DNA of 64,000 nucleotides from Scyliorhinus canicula (Eukaryota): contig NC_052158.1 of assembly GCF_902713615.1 (NCBI RefSeq), forward strand, positions 11,962,546 through 12,026,545, read 5' to 3'. Both the position numbers and the translations under genes were made by a program. Below, one piece after another: positions 61,238-64,000 of this stretch; the first letter of the stretch is position 1, and each line of letters opens with the position of its first letter. The notes beneath the pieces are model-generated. The model saw nothing but the letters and a program-made list of their open reading frames with translations, made no database searches and was not told the origin of the DNA.

Positions 61238-61450
61238 AGGTTCTCCCCATATCTGTGTGGGTTTCCTCCGGGTGCTCCGATTTCCTCTCACAAGTCCCGA
61301 AAGACATGATGTTAGGTCATTTGGACATTCTGTATTCTCCCTCAGTGTGCCCGAACAGGTGCCGGAATGTAGCGACGAGGGACTTTTCATAATAACTTCA
61401 TTGCAGTGTTAATGTGAGCCTACTTGTGACAATAATGATTATTATTATTA
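61238..61450 (+). mobile_element. V-SINE core with Rex1-like tail
   Basis: gggtttcctccgggtgctccg core followed by gccggaatgtagcgac..cttttcataataacttcattg..gtgacaataa(tta)n. Confidence 0.75.
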
Positions 61451-62919
61451 TACTACTCTGTCCAGCCCTCATGATTTTGAACATTTCTATCAAGACTGGG
61501 ACCGCAGGTCTAATCAAAAAAATTAGGAATCAAATTGCACAGAACCCGAATGCACAGAACTTCCATCATCCACAAGAAATAGGAGAATGGGAAATTGTGC
61601 AGAATCCAGCATCCCCAAAGGAGAGGCAATACAAGCAAAATCCAACAGTTACATGTGATTCACCAGTGTACCTATAGTTGGGATGAACAAGAGAATTTCT
61701 TCCCATGCATACTGTATTAAAGTAACCCCTCTCCAGTAAGAATGTACTGATCACGTATCAAATTATTTGAACTAAAATAGGATGTTAGCAGGTGGGAAAA
61801 CTGAATGAATTTCTTTGCACGTATCTGAATGATCTCCTCCATCTTGCTGCTTTGTACATGAATGGGATGACTGAGTACACTCCTTTCCTTGTCTAGCTAA
61901 TGAGCACTCAATCCCTGACTGTATGTTTTTTCAAACTCAGATGAACAACTGAATGCCTGCTGACAGTTAACAACATTAACAAACAACATGTATTTGCAAA
62001 ACACCTCTGTCATCGCAAGAATATTCCAAAGCCTGTACATGGCAAAATTAAGTTCTTTTGAAAGGTCATTGATCTGAAACATTAAGGGTGGGATACTCTT
62101 TTGGTCGATGTGGAAATTGGGAAACATGATTGAACAGAGAATCTGTTCCGATGCTGAAATCACAGCGGGCGCCAATTTGGCACCAAATCAATGGGCCAAA
62201 TGGCCTCTTTCGGCGCTGTAAATTCTCTGACTGTATGACTATGAAATGCACAGCAAGGGAGTTGGTGCAAGAAGGAAGCTTCTAGATTCTTTGGATTTTG
62301 GGGCAGGTGGAGCAATGGGACATATTCAGAGGGAATAAAAACAGGAAGTAGTGTTAGAAACGAAAACCAGTGAACATAAAGTGAAATCTAAGACTAATAA
62401 CCCTCTGAGAGGGAAAGTAATCTGCCATTTCTGTTTTAATTGTGCCTCTGATTCTAACACCTTCTTTAAACGTAACATTATCTCAATGTCCATACTGCCA
62501 AGTTCACCTTGGGATTGTATATGTTTCAATCAGATTATTATACTGTTGTTCAATAATCATGGATATCCTGCTCAAAAAGGCAGGACTGGGCACTGGGAAG
62601 GCAAAAAGGAGGTGTCTGACTATTCAGAAACCGTTGCAGTATTAAAAATGTGGAATGTTCCAGGTGGATCAAACACAAAAGCTTTTTGAAGAGAGCTAAG
62701 GATGTATTGTGGCCAGCCATTTACAGACTGATACAAAATGGCCAGCAAAGAAAGGACACTTTTCTGGTTTGATGGGAAATGTGGAAATGAAGACATTTAT
62801 TGTCTTTAATTTTATGACCAGCCATAAGGAGTCAACAGGATACTGAACAATAAATGTCTTCAAGGGAAAAACTAACATGCCTAAAAAGGAATGGGACCCC
62901 TGAGTCTGTCAGCGGGCTG

Positions 62920-64000
62920 GATTCTGCATCCTCGTCACAGTTCACCTTCCCATCCAACTTGGTATCATCTGCAAACTTTGAGATGTTACATTTTGGTCCC
63001 TCGTCCAAATCATTAATATATGTTGTGAATATCTGGGGTCCAAGCACTGATCCCTGTGGCACCCCTGCCAGTTTGAAAAGGATCCATTAATTCCTACTCT
63101 TTGTTTCCTCTCTAACAACCTGTTTTCTATCCACCTCAATATACTTCCCCAATCTGATGCACTTAAATCTTGCACAATAATCTCTTATGCAGGACTGTGT
63201 CAAAGGTCTTCTTAAAGTCCAGCTACACCACATCGACTGGCTCCCCCTTGTCAACTGTACTATCTGCATTCGCAAAGAATTGCAACAGATTTGCCAAGCC
63301 TGATTTCCCCTTCATAAATCCATGTTGACTGTGATTGATCCTGCCACTACTTTCTAAATGTTTTGCTAAAAAGTGCTTGATAATGGTTCAAGAATTTTCC
63401 TCATACCGATGTTAGGCTTATTGGTCGATAATTCTCTGTTTTCTCTCGACCTCCATTTTTGAATATTAGATGACATTAGCTACCCTCCAATCTGCAGGGA
63501 CAGTTCCAGAATCCATAGAATCACAGAAGATGACCACCAATTCATCCACCATTTCGAGAGCCATCTCCTTAAACACTCTGGTATGCAGATTCTCAGACCT
63601 TGGGGATTTATCTGCCTTCAATCCTATCAATTTTTGCAGCATCATTTCTCCACTAATATTGATCCCCCTCAGTTCTTCCCTCTCACTAAACCTTTCATTC
63701 TCCAACATTTCTGGTATCTGATTTGTGTCATTTATTGTGAAGAATACAAAGTATGTATTCAATTGTTCAGCCATTTATTTGTCCATTATTATACATTCCC
63801 CTGTTTCTGTCTGTTGGGGGCCTACATTTATCTTTGCGTGAATGTTTGCGTTCCGTGAATTTTTGCTATTGCCTACCTACTGTCATCTCTTTAAGTAACT
63901 CTTCCTAATCTATCAAGGCCAACTCACGCCTCATACCTTCATAGTTTCCCTTATAAAGATTCAGCATCCTAGTCTCTGAATCAACTACTTCACTCTCCAG
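62920..64000 (-). mobile_element. CR1 LINE RT region (runs off the window)
   Basis: [29 protein letters not shown]; VPADWRVANV. Confidence 0.9.

Noticed and set aside
62326-62689. Cys-containing ORF (ICHFCFNC) as a gag knuckle or host exon
   Set aside because: Spacing does not fit CCHC and there is no supporting context.

Overview
Vertebrate genomic DNA, most likely a shark such as a catshark (inferred from HE1/V-SINEs, CR1/HER1-type LINEs, L1/Tx1-type LINEs and the gene style). Four host genes are supported. (1) A minus-strand RING/B-box/coiled-coil TRIM gene with exons at 3567-3974, 3381-3476, 3054-3287, 870-892 and 660-775; its PRY/SPRY exon is expected beyond the left edge. (2) A divergently oriented, complete six-exon TRIM-B30.2 paralog at 13874-23096 (474 aa as spliced by hand). 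(3) A plus-strand C2H2 gene with 15 fingers (38048-39358). (4) A convergent minus-strand C2H2 gene with 7 fingers (58069-58659). Both ZNF genes have CpG-rich NRF1/YY1-type promoters and no recognisable KRAB/SCAN/BTB domain. Most of the rest is nested transposon debris: CR1, L1/Tx1, L2, Rex1/Babar, Penelope, a solo LTR, a hAT MITE, a Harbinger-like piece, DeuSINE, many V-SINEs and a truncated U6 retrocopy. The most notable observations are: SINEs that combine shared heads/cores with different LINE-type tails (CR1, Rex1-like, poly(A) with long TSD); a likely gene-conversion tract over the TRIM coiled coil; 5' erosion of the zinc-finger arrays with new ATGs recruited in linkers; palindromic Penelope remnants carrying hammerhead-like cores; and closely spaced inverted SINE pairs around a ZNF promoter. 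No clearly new protein-based system was found. All coordinates and identities were read by eye, and repeat boundaries are approximate.
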